64,000 nt of DNA from Lytechinus pictus (GCF_037042905.1 NC_087251.1:48424001-48488000); one strand, 5' to 3'; positions 39,831 through 55,300 are shown, numbered from the stretch's first letter. Numbers and translations are program-made. The notes: a model not told the origin generated them from the sequence alone.

Positions 39831-40810
39831 CACATGAAGGGTTTCCTACTACAGTGTACAGTGCTACACGAAACCATGGTGATACAGATGCCTCGCCGCC
39901 CATTGCATGCGATGTTTCTCAACTACAAACTGAAATCTGTTGTCGGTGAGCATTCAAGATGGCCAACAATCAAAATCTAAGCCCGATGGTTGCGAATCAC
40001 TATTGTTGTTTTAAGGCAAAGCGTGAAAGGAAAAGATAATGCCTTTCAACATTCTCATAGGTGTTTTGGATCTCCAGACATAAAGTGATGTCTGAAGTTT
40101 GAGGATCCTGCCGAGAAAACGTCAAACAGGTTTCTCCAAACTGTTGTTGACGGCTTGTGTCGAAAGTGCGGATAGTGCTCAACGAACAATTAGTGCGCAG
40201 TATGTATATAGAAAGTGTCAGTCTGGTGGGAGATTTTATCCGCCATCTTGATCTACAGTGCTGATATTGTAACTACATGGATTCTTTAGTGGTTTTCGTT
40301 AATTCAGCCTCCAGGGCCATGATAACTCATCAGACCCAACAACCCAAACCATGCTGTGGATGGTGTTCCGATGAGATTTAGCCATCTTGGTTTTTCGAAT
40401 CACCAAGATATCACGATAGCATCGAAACATCAATCTGAAGGTTCACAAGATTGCTTCTGTGGAAGATTACATCCACCAAAACTCTGTAATGATCCTTTGA
40501 ATGCTTGAAAGTTGTTTCATATATTTTGTTGGATCAGAGTTTGATCAAAGAAGAGGACGTTGGATTCCGAAACCAACTTAAAGACAATTGGATTGCATCC
40601 GACGATCTCCAAACCAAGTGCGATGGAGGATTACCTATACCGTGGATAACCTAAACATAAATAATGGAATTACGCAAAATTCTGTAGGATGTAATCCATT
40701 GTCCTGACCGTGTGGTCGTCTTGAAACCCTTAAAGAGTCATCTGTTTTCAGGGATCTTTTCGGCAGGAACAAAAAAAAACCAAAAGAGGTAGAAACAGGG
40801 TTTCATCGTG

Positions 40811-41156
40811 ATGGCGCGGGGCACAACATTTTGTGCAATTCTTCATCTCAAAGAAGACAACGCCCGTTTCGTTCTTCTGATAATAATTCTTTTGTTGTAC
40901 ATGCTAATCGGTGCAGGGATATTTCACGTGATCGAAGGGGAGTACGAGCTTAAGGAAAGGAATGAATACCAAGAATATTTCGATGATTATATACTCAGAC
41001 ACAGTAACATGAATGCAGTTTTCAATGAAACAGAATTTAAGATGGTATTAGAAAGATACGCCACGGCGTCTGCAAAAGGACTGCTCCCTCATAAAAGACC
41101 AAGATGGGATTTCCCAGGTTCATTCTATTTTGTCGCAACGGTGGTATCAACAATAG
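40811..41156 (+). CDS. KCNK13: First coding exon of a THIK-subfamily two-pore-domain K+ channel (KCNK12/KCNK13-like)
   Basis: MARGTTFCAILHLKEDNARFVLL...(TM1)...RPRWDFPGSFYFVATVVSTI(G); HL.EDNARF and RPRWDF.G.FYFV.TVVSTIG are THIK signatures. In-frame upstream TAG at 40790. Donor ATAG|GTAAG splits the TIG(F)G selectivity filter. I found no downstream exon in the window. Confidence 0.92.
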
Positions 41157-43983
41157 GTAAGACAAAGTCTATCAATTTATCTCAAACAAAAATGTTAAAT
41201 TATCCATTGTCTATTATCCGAGGTAAAGAGAATGCTTATACGATGTGCATGTCTGTAGCTAGGAGGTAAGACGGCCTCTACTACATGCGGAACGAGATGC
41301 AAAAATATTGCTTTGAGCAACTCAAAACAGTTTTCAACCCAACCTCTCATGGGCTTCCTGGGCGCAAATATCGGTTTAAAAAAAATTTGAATAGATTATC
41401 AATTTACCTTACATGTTCTTTTATTATTGCGGATATGTAGACAACGATGATGTGTAATATTCTGTATAGGTGCGTGTGTTTAGATGGGTGAGTGTGTGGG
41501 GGTGTGGGTAGATGTATGTTTGTATCCTTTGGAGCATATCTGGGTGTGCAGGTTGAGACTCAGCCTTGCCATTGGACGTTTTCACGACCCCCTGTTTGGG
41601 AGATGATGCCGATTCAAATAACATCAATATTTTCTTTGATGATTGAGCCGAGCTCGATGCTAGAAATCTTGATGACCTTTAAACCCTTTTTAGCGACCTT
41701 CTATAGTATCAATGTCAACTCAAAGTATCCCTTTCTACGATAGCTATAAGTTTATTCAAATCCTTTAAATAGATATTCATAACAAATGTCAAAAGCAAAT
41801 GATCTGTGGAAAATTTATGGGAACTTTAAAATTCTTCAGTTCCTGCACACCTTTCTATCCTAGTTTTCGATTGTTTAAAATCGAATTTATTATACCTATA
41901 TTTTAACCACTTTATTAACATTTCTGTGTAAAATTACGGACATTTTCATTTCATGTAGTACTATAGTGTAAAGAGTCATCTGTATCTGTAAAGACTGGCA
42001 AGAATAGCAACGGTGGAGTTAGTCATATTGGAAGTTATCAAAAACTCATATTTCAAGCCTTTTTTTTAACAATGACAGTGCAGCAAAGCTAATCTCAATT
42101 TCGGAATTTCTAGTCGATGATGACCTCAATGACCTTTCATTGAAATTATTGATACATATGCCCTGGGTTTTGTAAAAGCTTCTTCACTCACAACAGCTGT
42201 TTGGTTACAATTGGCATGCAGTATACTATTTTAGCATGTGATATCATATAAATATTCCTGAAGATATCACATTACTGATTCCCCTAGTATTTGAAATATC
42301 TGACAAACATAAATTATATTCCTCTCTCTTTTGCCTGAATTAAGCTTAAACTATATTCCTCCATGCATAAATCTCCATCTGATACACAGATGTTATGGTT
42401 GTGACACAATAATTTTCCATGGATGGAATTGTGTTTAGATTAAAAAACACGATTTCAAGCCTACTTTGCTTTATCACTCATAAAAGTTGTGATTTGTTTT
42501 TATTTTATTTATTTTATTTCTTACCTATCACACACATCAGTTTTGCGAACACATTCTTCCACAACAAATTAAAGAATCGCTTTATGAAGCAAGCATATGC
42601 TTAATTGTTATAGACTTACTTTCCACTTTAACCTCCAACTGATTACCGGTTTTTAGTTGTTGTTTTTTCTTATCAATCGATTAGGTCAATTGCTATTTAT
42701 TTCATTTATTTATCAACTTATTCAATTATTTTTTGTATTTTACAAGTTTATTATTATCTCAATTATATTGTGAGCATTCAGTGTTATATATCGACAGATA
42801 ATATGCGAGTTTTATGAATGTGAAAGTAGTATTATTACACTATTATTGAATAGTTAACAAAAGTCTATTCTTTCTATAGTTATTATTTTACTTCTATGAA
42901 AGAAGGACAATGATTGGTTATCATTTCGAATGAATTTTGTTTTGAAAACGATAATATTGCGTCTTTTCACTATGGATTTGAAACTGATAATGGTGGATCA
43001 ATCTTATCTGAATTTTCCTAGTAATTTTTATTGAAATCAAATATTTTGATTGAGTAAAGCAAAATATAATATTAAAACATTGGAATAGTTAAATGGATAT
43101 ACCCATCGATAATTATATACAAAGACAGTTTTAAAAGGTGAAACATACAAGGTTCACTATTACATAATAGGAGGTGCAAAGTCCACTTGAACATTGAATT
43201 TTACCCAACAATCTCACTAATTGTAACGTGCATTCATATGACATGAAAACAAATTTGCCCTTTGAAAGAGTGAGGGGAAATATAATCTATACCTCTGACA
43301 AATTTGGTTTGATATGGACTTTTTGCACGTCAGGTTTGCCCGAGTCACACTGGCAAAATTCACTCAAGACAGATCAAAGCTATTACGTTATTAGCAATGA
43401 CATAGCAGCTGTCTGTTTTGAGTTGGTTTCGTCTGTGTGGCTGTAGCATGAGAAAAATGGCGGTTTACTTCAGATCCTTCACATTAGAAAGTCCTATATC
43501 CAACCGTTGTTTTATACCAATGAATAAAACTGAAGTTAGCTATAGTTTCATATGATATGAAATCATATTAGACTGTTGCTGTAGCTCTTCATAGAGAATC
43601 AGCAAGTTTGTGGAACTAGGATCAAAATCATATCCAGCTTCATCCAAAAAATTATATCACGCTAAAGACAAAAATACCGATAAAAAACAGTATCAGTTTA
43701 TGACAATCCAACTGCATGCAGGAAATATCAATTGGCTGGCATATTACGTGCCTCACCTCTTTTTAACAAATATTTCTGGTATAATTAATACTCGAAGATC
43801 ATCATATTTTCGGGAATGTTTCATTCCAAATGAGTGCCGAAAAGAACACATTCCAGCCTGAAAGTTACTTTAGAGGGTGTATACGCATACCTATACCATA
43901 ATTTGCTTTAATTTGTCGCAAAGGAAGAAGTGAATTAAAAATGTTTGTTATGTATGTTGCATCCCAGAGGAAAGATATATTAA

Positions 43984-44592
43984 AGGACAAGTCCACCCCA
44001 GAAAAATGTTGATTTGATTAAATAGAGAAAAAAATCAAACAAGCATTATACTGAAAATTTCATCAAAATCGGATTTAAAATAAGAAAGTTATGACATTTT
44101 AAAGTTTCGCTTATTTTTCACAAAACAGTGATATGCACAACTCAGTGACATGCAAATGAGACAGTCGATGATGTCCCTCAATCACTATTTATTTTGTTTT
44201 TTATTGTTTGAATTATACAATATTTCATTTTTCACAGATTTGAGAATATGGACCAACTTGATTGAACCATATAGTATTATTAACTATGCTAATTGCACAT
44301 GTTCAGGGAGGAATTAATCGTTGTTTCACACGACAACAGGGAGAAAATTGGAATATTTCATATTTCATATAATAAAATACAGAAGAAATAGTGAGAGAGT
44401 GATGTCATCAGTCTCCTCATTTGCATACCGACACGGATGTGAATATAACTGTTTTGTGAAATTAAGTGAAATTTTAAAATGTCGTAACTTTCTTATTTTA
44501 CATCCGATTTTGATGAAATTTTCAGGGTTATGCTTGTTTGATTTTTTTCTCTTTTTATTCGAATAAACTTTTTGTTGGGGTGGACTTGTCCT
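43984..44592. mobile_element. Kolobok-type non-autonomous element (TTAA TSD)
   Basis: TIR aggacaagtccacccca / tggggtggacttgtcct with TTAA on both sides. Decayed relatives at ~7213-7785, ~22218-22670, ~38530-38938 and ~56860-57200. Confidence 0.8.
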
Positions 44593-47500
44593 TTAAGGAC
44601 AAAGCAACAAGAAGAAATCATCTTTGGTTATCATATTCAACCATATCTATTGTTATTATTGATAACATGCATTTTACATAACAGTGCTTTCAGCGGACAC
44701 CGAGCTATATCGAGCGCTCTCCACTTTAATGATAAGAAAAGAACCAGAGTAAAAAAAAAGCAATTAAAATTCGCTCTCATCAATTAAATGAAACCAGCAA
44801 GAAACCGAAGATGATAATTGGAAGTGGGTCCAAAACTCTTTTGTTTGTTTTTCGCCCCTTCTCTCTGCGCTTTTGTGCAAACGGGCTGGCTGGTCTTGAA
44901 GAGCACGGAGCGAGAGAGTATACCGGATGCGGGCGTCAAGACAACCAAGCCCGACGTCAGCGGGACATGGACCTGTTAAGTTCTCTGTGTAATTAAACCC
45001 TCTGCTTTCTAATGTAAGGATAGCGATTAATGGAGAGCGACGGCTAAAACTACTATAGTACCCGTGATGATGATATTCGCTCCGCCTGGGCAACGATGGA
45101 CGAAATTAATTTATAATGGAGAGAAATTAGCGCCATCGTTAGGGCTTGCATACAAGCCAGGTAACCAATGACAGCTAGTGTCAATCGGAGACTTGGGCAT
45201 TAAAAAAATTACCTCTAAAGTTCACGAAAGTTGGATACATAAAAAGTTGTGTTTTCATATTAGTTTCTTATACACTCCATCTACGCCAGCCGGTGAATTA
45301 TAACGCCCCAATATCATCTCTTTAGTTATCTTTAAATGACATTTTAATGTCTTGTGTTTTTTATCACTGTACAAATAAATTGTGATATTTTTGTTGCTAA
45401 GTCATGACGCCAACAATATTCATTCTGCCATTTTAGTACCTACGCTTCGCTTCAGTGCAACATCATCGTTTACATTTTATTGTGAATTGTTTTCCGTAGG
45501 CGTACATCAGTTTTGTCTTTAGAATGCATAAACATATTTTTTCTATTCGGCAGGGGATTAGCATGAACGATTAAACAATAATAATGGTGATAAACACGTC
45601 TACGTTCCTCCAATACTTGAGCAATTCTAAGCACGACTGGACATGGAATATCACGAACAAAAACTGGTATTTTCCGAAGAAATTGTTAACGCAGATTTGA
45701 ACATCACTTCAAGATTGGTATTAAGTACATGCAAAGATAATCCAACACATGCTTTGCTCAAAGTATGGACTTTCTTCTTCGGCGAATCGCTGGCGTGCAT
45801 GCGTGACTTCACCAGTATCATACATTACTTGCTAATGTTGCCGTTCCTGGCATTCATAAATCATTAAAAGAAGACAGAGCGCTTTTCAGACGCCGTTGCT
45901 TTATCTGCGTACAATACAGTCCGAATTCATCAAATCGTGACCTGCATTCTGCTAGTGTAGAAATCAACCAATCATTCCAGTCCATTAAGAAATATGCCTA
46001 TTGGTTACTCTGGAGTAGTCATACCAACCAACATCAGGTTTGATCTTCCCACACACTAAAAAAACCACAAAAAAAACAGAAGTCGTGAAATGTATCACAT
46101 TATGCCTATGTGATCACGTTGATGATGTTATAATCTATATATTTTACATATTTATGCCAACAATGGCATTGTCTCAGAATGCAATATTGGGAAAAAAATA
46201 ATTATAATATGAAAACTCTGTCATCACGAAAATACTGAAGGTTGCCAAATTTCCAAAGAAAAGGCATAACCAGATTCTTATTAAGCAAAGAGTATGTAGC
46301 AATCGGACTAAGACTGAATATATGAATTCAAAGGACGAGAGAAACAAAATAAAAGATAAGTAATATCTTTTAGATTATTTAAAAAAAAAATTTGTATCTT
46401 AAATACTGACATCATTGTGTTGTAGGAGATGAAGCAAAGGCGTTTGATATTTGGTAGCCTTAAAGTGAACACCTTTTCCGTCAAAAGTTCATTATGACAC
46501 ACTCATGAACTTGATAAACTTATGCAATGTTTCACCTTGAGAGGATGTTAATGACTTATATACATTTTAATGTTCGACCCTAAACCTTGAATTTAGAATG
46601 TTGAGTATTCGGCATGTACTTTGGGTGTTAAAACTTACACTGGCGGCAGAATGGTGGCGCCGCACGGATGAACGTTGAGATCACATGACTCGTAGTACTG
46701 ACCAATCACAAGCCTTGGATGGCGTTTGGCTAGCCACGTTGGTTAAGAGTGATCCCCTAGGTAAATCGCCAACGTGTTTAATCGTCAATTCCTTGGTATT
46801 GGTTAGACAAGTAGAGATTTAGGAAATATTTGGGGAAATACCTAACATGATTATTTAGTCTGACGTAACAATTTATTGTTAACAAAAAAATTTGTTTAGC
46901 CTACAGCGACACGGAGTTTTTTACAGTCGCTATGACTTTTTTGTCATTTTGAAAAAGTAGAGGTATGTCGGGGGTATGTGAGTGTAAGGTTTATCAAAAC
47001 GACATAATTACAATTGACTGTGATATGATTTCAAGTTATTTCGATGGGAACGGTTGTGGGCAGTCGAAAGACAAGAACTAAAAATATTAAATTAGGCAAT
47101 GGAATATTGTAAAGATTTACGGCGTTTTAATGTTTAATCTTCTAGTATTAGCCACATGCGATGTGAACCAACTAGGTTTCAGATAAACATAAGCGGTTTA
47201 TTTTATTAACAAGTGCACACCTAGTTACCAATAATGCATATTATTTCTATTTATTTAAATGCAGGATGAAAGAGCACTGTGGATTGAATGCCTTGCTCAT
47301 TGGCAGAGATGCCGCGGCCGGGAATCGAACCCCCTTTATAGTCAGGCGCCTTAGACCACTCGGCCACAGCACCTCCACTTTTAAAAAGTCGAAAAAGATT
47401 TTAATATTATCGAATCAGAAACCTATTCATTAAAGCTCGTAATCTTATTGATTAAAACATTTAAGATTATATTATCCCCCTTTACTATCTTTAGATTGAT

Positions 47501-50500
47501 AGCTCATCTACAAACTGATGCTAAAAGTAACAGTCCAACTAACATAACATACACTATCCATTAACGATAGGCCATTCGATATAACGTAAACGCTCTGATC
47601 GGTCCTGAATCGGTTTTGTTGATGTGACTGTATCATTTTAGTGCACGGAGAGGGTCTCGTAACACAAAGGTTAGCGATTGATCGTACGCTTGATTTTCAC
47701 CATTGATTGTACATTGTTAGTAAATGTAATCAATCGTAGAACAATGTTCTATGATCATTGCTAAGTTCTGTGTTACGGGCCCCAGATAGAGATGACGACA
47801 TGGAAGTAATCCAAAATGGATGTTTTGACGTCATAAATATGACCTCGATTTTTTTTTTCGAACTAAATGTCATTTTGATCATGTCAATGTTGAACGCATT
47901 GCTGCAGATTTCATTTCTTCCTAATTTCAAGCCAAATAATAAATACTAGTAACACGGACGTCTTATTCCTGTACACAGTCTTATATATAATCATAATCAA
48001 TTCTTATTAGGTGTTGAATACATCAAAATCAGTATTATCCGTCACATTTTTAGAAAATTGAAACATATTTCCATTGCATCTTTGGTTTTTGGAATCGCAT
48101 TTTCTTGTATGGCATTCAAATTCTTAGAAAACTAACGCTTAAATGAATATTAAAAAAAAATATATATCCAACGATGCAGACTTCACTATCACTAATTTGT
48201 CTAAAAATACCTTAGTACAAGGTAAAATAAAATAATAATGAATAAAAACCTTCATTAGGAAGGAGGATATTTACAGAATTGTGCGGGAAGGATGCTGTTG
48301 AAAATTAATGGCTGAATGACCAAGGATATATGCATGGAATTAAAGTAAACATATTATTTGTTCATGTAAGATTATTCATAATCAATGGCATGTGTTTACC
48401 ACCTTTTTCAACCCCTCATTATTAAATTCAAACCCCAAGTCTTCTTCTTCTCCTACATGGAGAATTTCTTATAAAATAAGTTATAAATAGGACTCTTGAA
48501 ATGTCCATAAGGACATCATGGTGGTTTTAAATTAATCTAATTGGATACGGTGTTGCTTTTTTCTTTATTATAACAATTGTTCTGATGGTACAGGGCGGGT
48601 GATGGATCCATTAGACTGATTAGATCAACGACTAGCTGTGAAATCTTTGTTGAGCAATGTCAAAAAGAGAAAGGAAAATAAATACAACGATGCAGCTAGG
48701 TATAAATTAAAAACATGGAAGAGACAGTGAGAAAGAATAGAGAAAGAAAAAGAGAGAGAGAGATATAGGAATGATCATAACAGCAACAACAACCACTATA
48801 ATGGAAAAATGTGATGAAAATGATTACGAGAATCATGATGAAAATGATTATTATTATCATAACAACAACAAAAATATAATAATAACAAAGCTGTATTGCA
48901 AAGTGTTAATAGTGAAACAAACTATCGGATTTAAAATTTAAATCGCATTTGATTTTTTAATTTATAAAATGGTATGATGATTGTAAAAAAAAAGTTTTCA
49001 ATTTCTATTTTAATATTGTAGGTTATAATAATTTGGAAATCTTGCTCACTTTCTAGGAAAGCATTCACTTTACAAAGTAAAAGGAGTATGATGTTTGATG
49101 ATATAACCATCATTATTACATCTATGTCCATTGTGACGATGAAATTTTGAATTGCGATAGCGAATTTGACATTTTTTTTTCATGTTTGATGGCCCTTTAT
49201 AAAACAAAGTTATCTTTGTTCATAATTATGATAAACATGATAGTATACTCTAGCTGGTGATAGATTTTTTATTTTAATTCTAGGAGAGTGTTTCATAAAG
49301 CTGTTCGTAAGTTACGAGCGACTTCTCGAACGACTGATGAGCCTTTCTCGTTGTAAATGATATTATATAACATCGGATGTTCATTGGTTAAACAGCTTTA
49401 TGAAGCACTCACCAGGGACCTGTTTCAAAAAGAGTGCAATCCAACACATCCCTAAATGTCATTCGCGACATGATTGATTTTTTTTGGGGGGGTTAAAATT
49501 GTAAAAAAAAAATAGCCTCTGTGATTAAATACAATTTCTAAAACATAGAGTCAAAATAAGATTGTATATAATATTGGATGTAAAATTGGAAGCAAATACT
49601 CAGCTTTTGTTTTCAGTGAATGAGACTCCCCCACAAAAAAAAAAAATAATAAGATAAAATAAAATGATAATAATAATTTTCTCAGTGATATGAAAGTAGC
49701 CTCTATCTTCCGTCTATCTCGCTTCAGAAAAAGAGCTATATAAATAAAAATAGCATCGGAAATTATGTTTTGACGACATTATTTTTTTGCATATTTTTTA
49801 GCATTCCTCGTGTTCAGGCAATCAATAGGAAATATTTTTCTATTCAAACAAGGATTTTGCGAATGGTGTTTCGAAGAAGATGGAGGAGGGGATAGAAAGA
49901 AGGAGAAGCATAGGAGAAGGAGGAGAATGAAGAAGAAGACGTAAAATAAGAACTAGAAGAAGAAAGGAAAGGAGGAGGAAGGAGAAGGAAAGGAAGAAGA
50001 ATAAAAGAAGAAGAAGAAAAAGAAAATATGCAAAAGAAGGAGAAGAAATGGGATACTAGTCTTCTTAACCTGCCTGTCAACAATCCATGATGGGACCTCT
50101 TGAATTGTGATGTGACGGCAAGCGAGTCCGTCATCCGATCCACATTGAACGGCTTATACAACATCAAAGTACAGTGCCTGGTCCTTCCGTCAATGTACAT
50201 GATATATACGCCTTGAATTTTCTTACCGGAAATTAGCAGTAGGTATACAGCCTCGTTGTCCAAACCAATGAGAAGATAACAACGAATAAATCAGTTGCAG
50301 ATGTATTAAGTTCTTCTCGAGGAGGAATGATTTTACTACACCAAGCGTGAAGAATCATTACAATTTCGTCAAATTTTTGGGACACCTCTGTCTACTCTCA
50401 AATGTATTACAATAATGATAGAGGAGTGATGTAAAAAGAGAAACGTTTAGATCCAGTATTTATTATTTATTTCTTCGAAAATGGTCAATGTGACGTAAGA

Positions 50501-51731
50501 TTAGTCCATTGGAGTTACAATATGTAATTAGATAAACTCCTATAAGCGCGGCAGCTTATTGATCTGCTTCAACCAAATTGTCTTGATAATAGGCATCTAT
50601 ACAATAAACAGTAAAGTCAGTTAAGTTTCCCAGAACACCATGCAGGACTAGATGACCCTTTCACCAATCGCATACAGTTGGGGGGCCAAGTAAATCCTCA
50701 AAATTATATGATAAAGAAAATAAAATGGAAACAAAAATTAAAGGAAAAGGAGTGAAATGTGAGCTTTTTATGAATATTATGTCCAAATCTATCACAAAAG
50801 TAGATTTTTATTTATAAGGTGATTTTTTTCTGCTCGCCCACTTCGCTTGCTCGCTGCTGTTTAGAAACATTGCCCCATACGCTATGTCTGCCCCCTCAAA
50901 CAATTTGGTTCATTACGACCTTGATGCCACAGTCACACCTTGGAAAGCTTTATTACCACATTATTAATGACATACCAGATTGGAGTCGATCCCCTTGTTG
51001 TGACTGTATCTCATTAAAGAGAGGTAATGGGTCCCCAGTAAACATGACATACAAGAAGAAATAATGCAATATGATACAGTCACACTTACGAAACCGACTC
51101 CAGGCCGACCAAAGCTATAACGTTATGTCCAATGACAGACCAACTCTCGGTTCGGGGTCATTTTTGTTGATCTGACTGAAGCACACGTAAGAAAAGTTTG
51201 CGTGGCGGATAACTGTCCAAAATAGTCATCCATATTATGGAATGCGATCTCAAGTTTATGCATGGGTTGGGAGGTTCTCGCCAATACCGCTTCTTCTTAA
51301 GATTGTGAAACGCGAGCCCTTCCCGTATTATTTGAATTTCAGAACACAACTAAGATGCAAAGTGGAGGTGCTCAATCTTAAAACGTTGAAATAAAGACAA
51401 ATGTTTTGGTTAAATTTCGTTTGGGATTCGTGCCTCTTTCTATCACCCCATCTCCTTGCTATTAGGAAGCTTTCGCACAGCAAACTACGGACGATTGAAG
51501 AACAGAGAGAATGAGTTGTCAAATGCCTTTCATGACAAACAAACAAACAAAAAACTTGAAGTCTTTGTCAACATTTGATAAATCAAAACAGCAGTTTAGT
51601 CCTTGACTCTGGGCGAACGACTTGCCTGCAATTTTGGTCAGCTCTAAAGCTGAGGATGTAACTGCTCTTCTAGTTCACTAATTTACGACAAGGACCTCCC
51701 AGTCGTTCTTTGTCATTTACCGGGCATTGTC

Positions 51732-52036
51732 AATGATAATGATGATGATAATAATAATAGTAATGATAATATAGCTTTTATGAGGTGCCGATTTATCTAG
51801 TTTCCTATTCAATGGCGCACTATACATTACCCCGGCTGTATAGCTCCAGCTGCTAAAGGCGCTTGGTGCATTTAAGGAATTAACCCTGCCGAGCACCCAT
51901 TCACCTAACCTGGGTCGAGTACAGCACAATGTGGATATAATTTTTTGCGGAAGGAAAAACAGGCCGTGGCTGGGATTCGAACCCACACCACTGTCATTGA
52001 AAGGCGAGATTCGTTACCACTAGACCAGAACGCCCC
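51732..52036 (-). mobile_element. tRNA-derived SINE related to 36727-37005
   Basis: Minus-strand tggtctagtggtaa A box, ggttcgaatccc B box and (ATT/ATC)n tail. Another fragment at ~47260-47378. Confidence 0.85.
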
Positions 52037-52040
52037 CACA

Positions 52041-52356
52041 CAGGGGCGGATCCAGGATTTTCCAAAAGGGGGGGGGGGAATTTTTCGGAGACAAATTTTG
52101 ACAAGCCCCCCAAAAAAAACAAATCAAGGAAATTTCGCACCCGAAAAATTTTGAAAGGAAAAAAAAAAAAAGATTTTCTTCCATAAATTAAGGCTATTTT
52201 GTACCCAAAAAAATTGACAAGCAAAAAAAAAAACGTCTTCAATTTCAAAAGAGGGGCCACACCTTTGTTTTCATGGCATTTTTACATCACAAACTTTTAA
52301 TTTTGCTTCTCAAAAGGGGGGCACGTGCCCCTTGTGCCCCCCTGGATCCGCGCCTG
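52041..52356. mobile_element. hAT-like MITE
   Basis: caggggcggatccagg / cctggatccgcgcctg termini; perfect 8-bp TSD cccccaca. Confidence 0.85.
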
Positions 52357-55300
52357 CCCCCACAATCAATGCATTTACGATGTTCTTGAATTGTCCGTAC
52401 GTTGTGGGGCGAAAAAAAAACACTACTGAGAATACAGGAGGGAGTATAGGATGAACGAAATTCGAGATATAGTAATAACCATCATGTCACCAGTATTGCC
52501 AAACGATAGGCCTTACGTAATTGCTCAAGTTTTATATTGTAAGGTTCAAAGTTGTAAGTTAGAGGGAACATGTGAAGGGATATTATTATATTAAAATATC
52601 ATCACCCTCTTTGTCTCCTCTCTCCCTCCTTGTTCCTTTACAAAATAATAAAACTGGTGTTGTCTTGTTTCTGCAGGCGAGCGTTCCCAGATCATGTCCC
52701 CGTGTTGACTTTGACATATCGCCCGGGGTAGGAACACGCCAACTTTTGTTTTCCGAAACTCTTCAGTGTTATTTGAAGGAGACAACTGCCCCCTGAACGT
52801 CGGAGCAACATCTTGAAGGCAAAGAAAAAAAACCCGACTCTTCTATTTCTATTCGAATGTCCCAAATGATGTGATCGACCGCTCTTGTTATGTTGTACCA
52901 CAAGGTGATTCGTTGGGTCAGATTTACGGTTTCGACATGTCAGTCTCCTATCCACTTTCTTTCCCCCTAAAAAAAATTGTGATATCCATATTTTCAAAGT
53001 TTTAGCTCATAGTCATAGCGAAAACCTACTTTATCTTTTTGTTACATAGAACTATTTTTTGTCAGATAAAAATATTTATAGATTAAAATGTAATCAAAAG
53101 CCGTGCTCATTATCTTGCATGCTCCCCGATAAATTGAAAGTCAATATAATAGATTGTGGAATCGACTATGGAATTTGGAGAGTGTGCTTTTGATGAGAGA
53201 ATATTCATTTTAAAAAGGCAGCGACATTTAAAACCTCAAGAAAATTCTCATCAAATATCTACATCTTTATCCGCCCTTTATCTTGGCATAATCAGAATTA
53301 CAAATCTTAGGCTTATAAGAGGAAATTTAATATATTAGATTTGATCAAGACAGATGGCTAAAAAAGAGTGTGTGAGGTTCTGTGTGTGTAAGAGAGAGAG
53401 AGAAAGAGGTGTGATGAAAGAAAGAAATAATGACAAGATTGAAAGGAGGGAAAACAAAGAGTAAAAGAGAGAGAAGACGAGAAAAGTGATTTACGTGGGC
53501 GATGAAGCTTGTTGAACTGGAGAGGGTAAGATTTCGCTTTTTGCCTTCTCACGAGTATGCATAGCATTTGCATATGACAGCGGAGACATGTTCTACTGTG
53601 CATAGATATACACAATGCACCCAAGATACCTTCACCATGCAAACAACACACACTGTAGCAGCCTGGATCATGGTGACACGGGTTGCTATTGTCTGCAGCC
53701 GATATGAAACATTACTTCTTATTACCAATTTATATAAATCCATTATTATGAGATACAGATACGTTTATAATTAGAACCATGATTTTCAAAGAACGTTATT
53801 TAAAAATACTATTTATATGAAGTAGGCTATTACTTTATTTTTATTTCAGGAAAGGGAATGAGAATTTCATTCAAATACATATCTGATGTATTGCATTATC
53901 ATATTATTTTTCTATTGCATTTATTTTTATCTAGTCACTAGTCACGACTGAAAACCTGCTCTCAGCTTTACGAGCCATTTTACAGCAAGGTCATGAATAT
54001 GGATTCAGCAATTTAGGCAATATAAATAATACGTAAAATAATCATTAAAAGTAAAAAAAACAAACTAACGGATACACAAAATTATATAAACACTATTATA
54101 TGTCAGGAGACAATGTGAAATTAACCTAAATTAAATTACGTGGAAGAATTGCATTTTATTCCTTAAAGATCCGGAATTGAAAAAAAATAGCACACATGAA
54201 TGACGTATTACTGGGGGTTTAAACATTTCTAGTAATATTTAGTAAACATTTTATAACAAAATTTTGGTTTTCGAGACGGGGCAAGATAACTGAGAGAATT
54301 TAATTAAAATGTAAATTCGATCTATTAGGCCTGGGTTATAGCTTGGAGATAAATCTGATTAGTGTATAAACAATTTGATGATAACACAGGACACAAAACG
54401 AATCACCCAAGTCAGATCATATTAAGACATTACGTTATACATTTTAAAAGATTCTTTTCGAATGATTGGTTTAAACAAGAATCTTGCTTCCATTAATTGT
54501 ATTGTTCCTGAATATCCAACAAACCTTTCAGAATACGTTGCCCTTTTGTGATTTGTTTTACTTAAACCGATCATTCTTGTGTGATATGTTAAGTCGCCAG
54601 TTCCAGAGTAGTCGTGACATTTTTCCATGCTCCTGTGCCTGAAGTGAATCCAATTCCTCGTAAGCCCCGACAGTAAACTTTACGAAAGTAGCCTTTTTCC
54701 CGCCGAGCTCACGGTGGAAAATTCAAGGACTCGATGCCGAAATCTTCCGCGACTGTATTCATTTGAGCACGCTCAATTCGCACATGATATCTCCATAATT
54801 TACCCTTCATAATACTTATAGCACGTGAGTTTCTTATCGAATGAAAACAGATGCATCACATTATATTGTGTTTGCATTGATATTCGATTCACGGCCTTTC
54901 TTTGATATAGGGGGTACGTGATTGTGATGAGTCTAACCCAAACAGTCATGTTGATTTATATGAAAATACATAACATCATAAGGGTGCTTTCTCTAGGAGA
55001 AATGAGTACCATGTTGTATTGAACCGATATCGTAAGTTTGGCTGAACGTGCAGATTTTCCATCGGAGCAATTGTCGCCGGAGAAAATGCCATGGAATCGT
55101 ATTGTTCACAGATCCAAAAGAATGAGGAAACAGGAGCTAACAGTATAGATAATGCTGTTCCTTATTTAAAAAAAAAGAAAATTACGAATGATAATACATC
55201 ACGTATTATCGAAATGATGCACCTACCAGAGAAACTGATTTCATGAGTCTCACGATATCAGTTCAATACAATATGGTATCATTTCTCGAAGGGAAAATAC

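Noticed and set aside
41157..41269. C-terminal part of the 153-aa ORF (KTKSINLSQ...)
   Set aside because: Read-through into the intron after the GTAAG donor; channel similarity stops at TIG.
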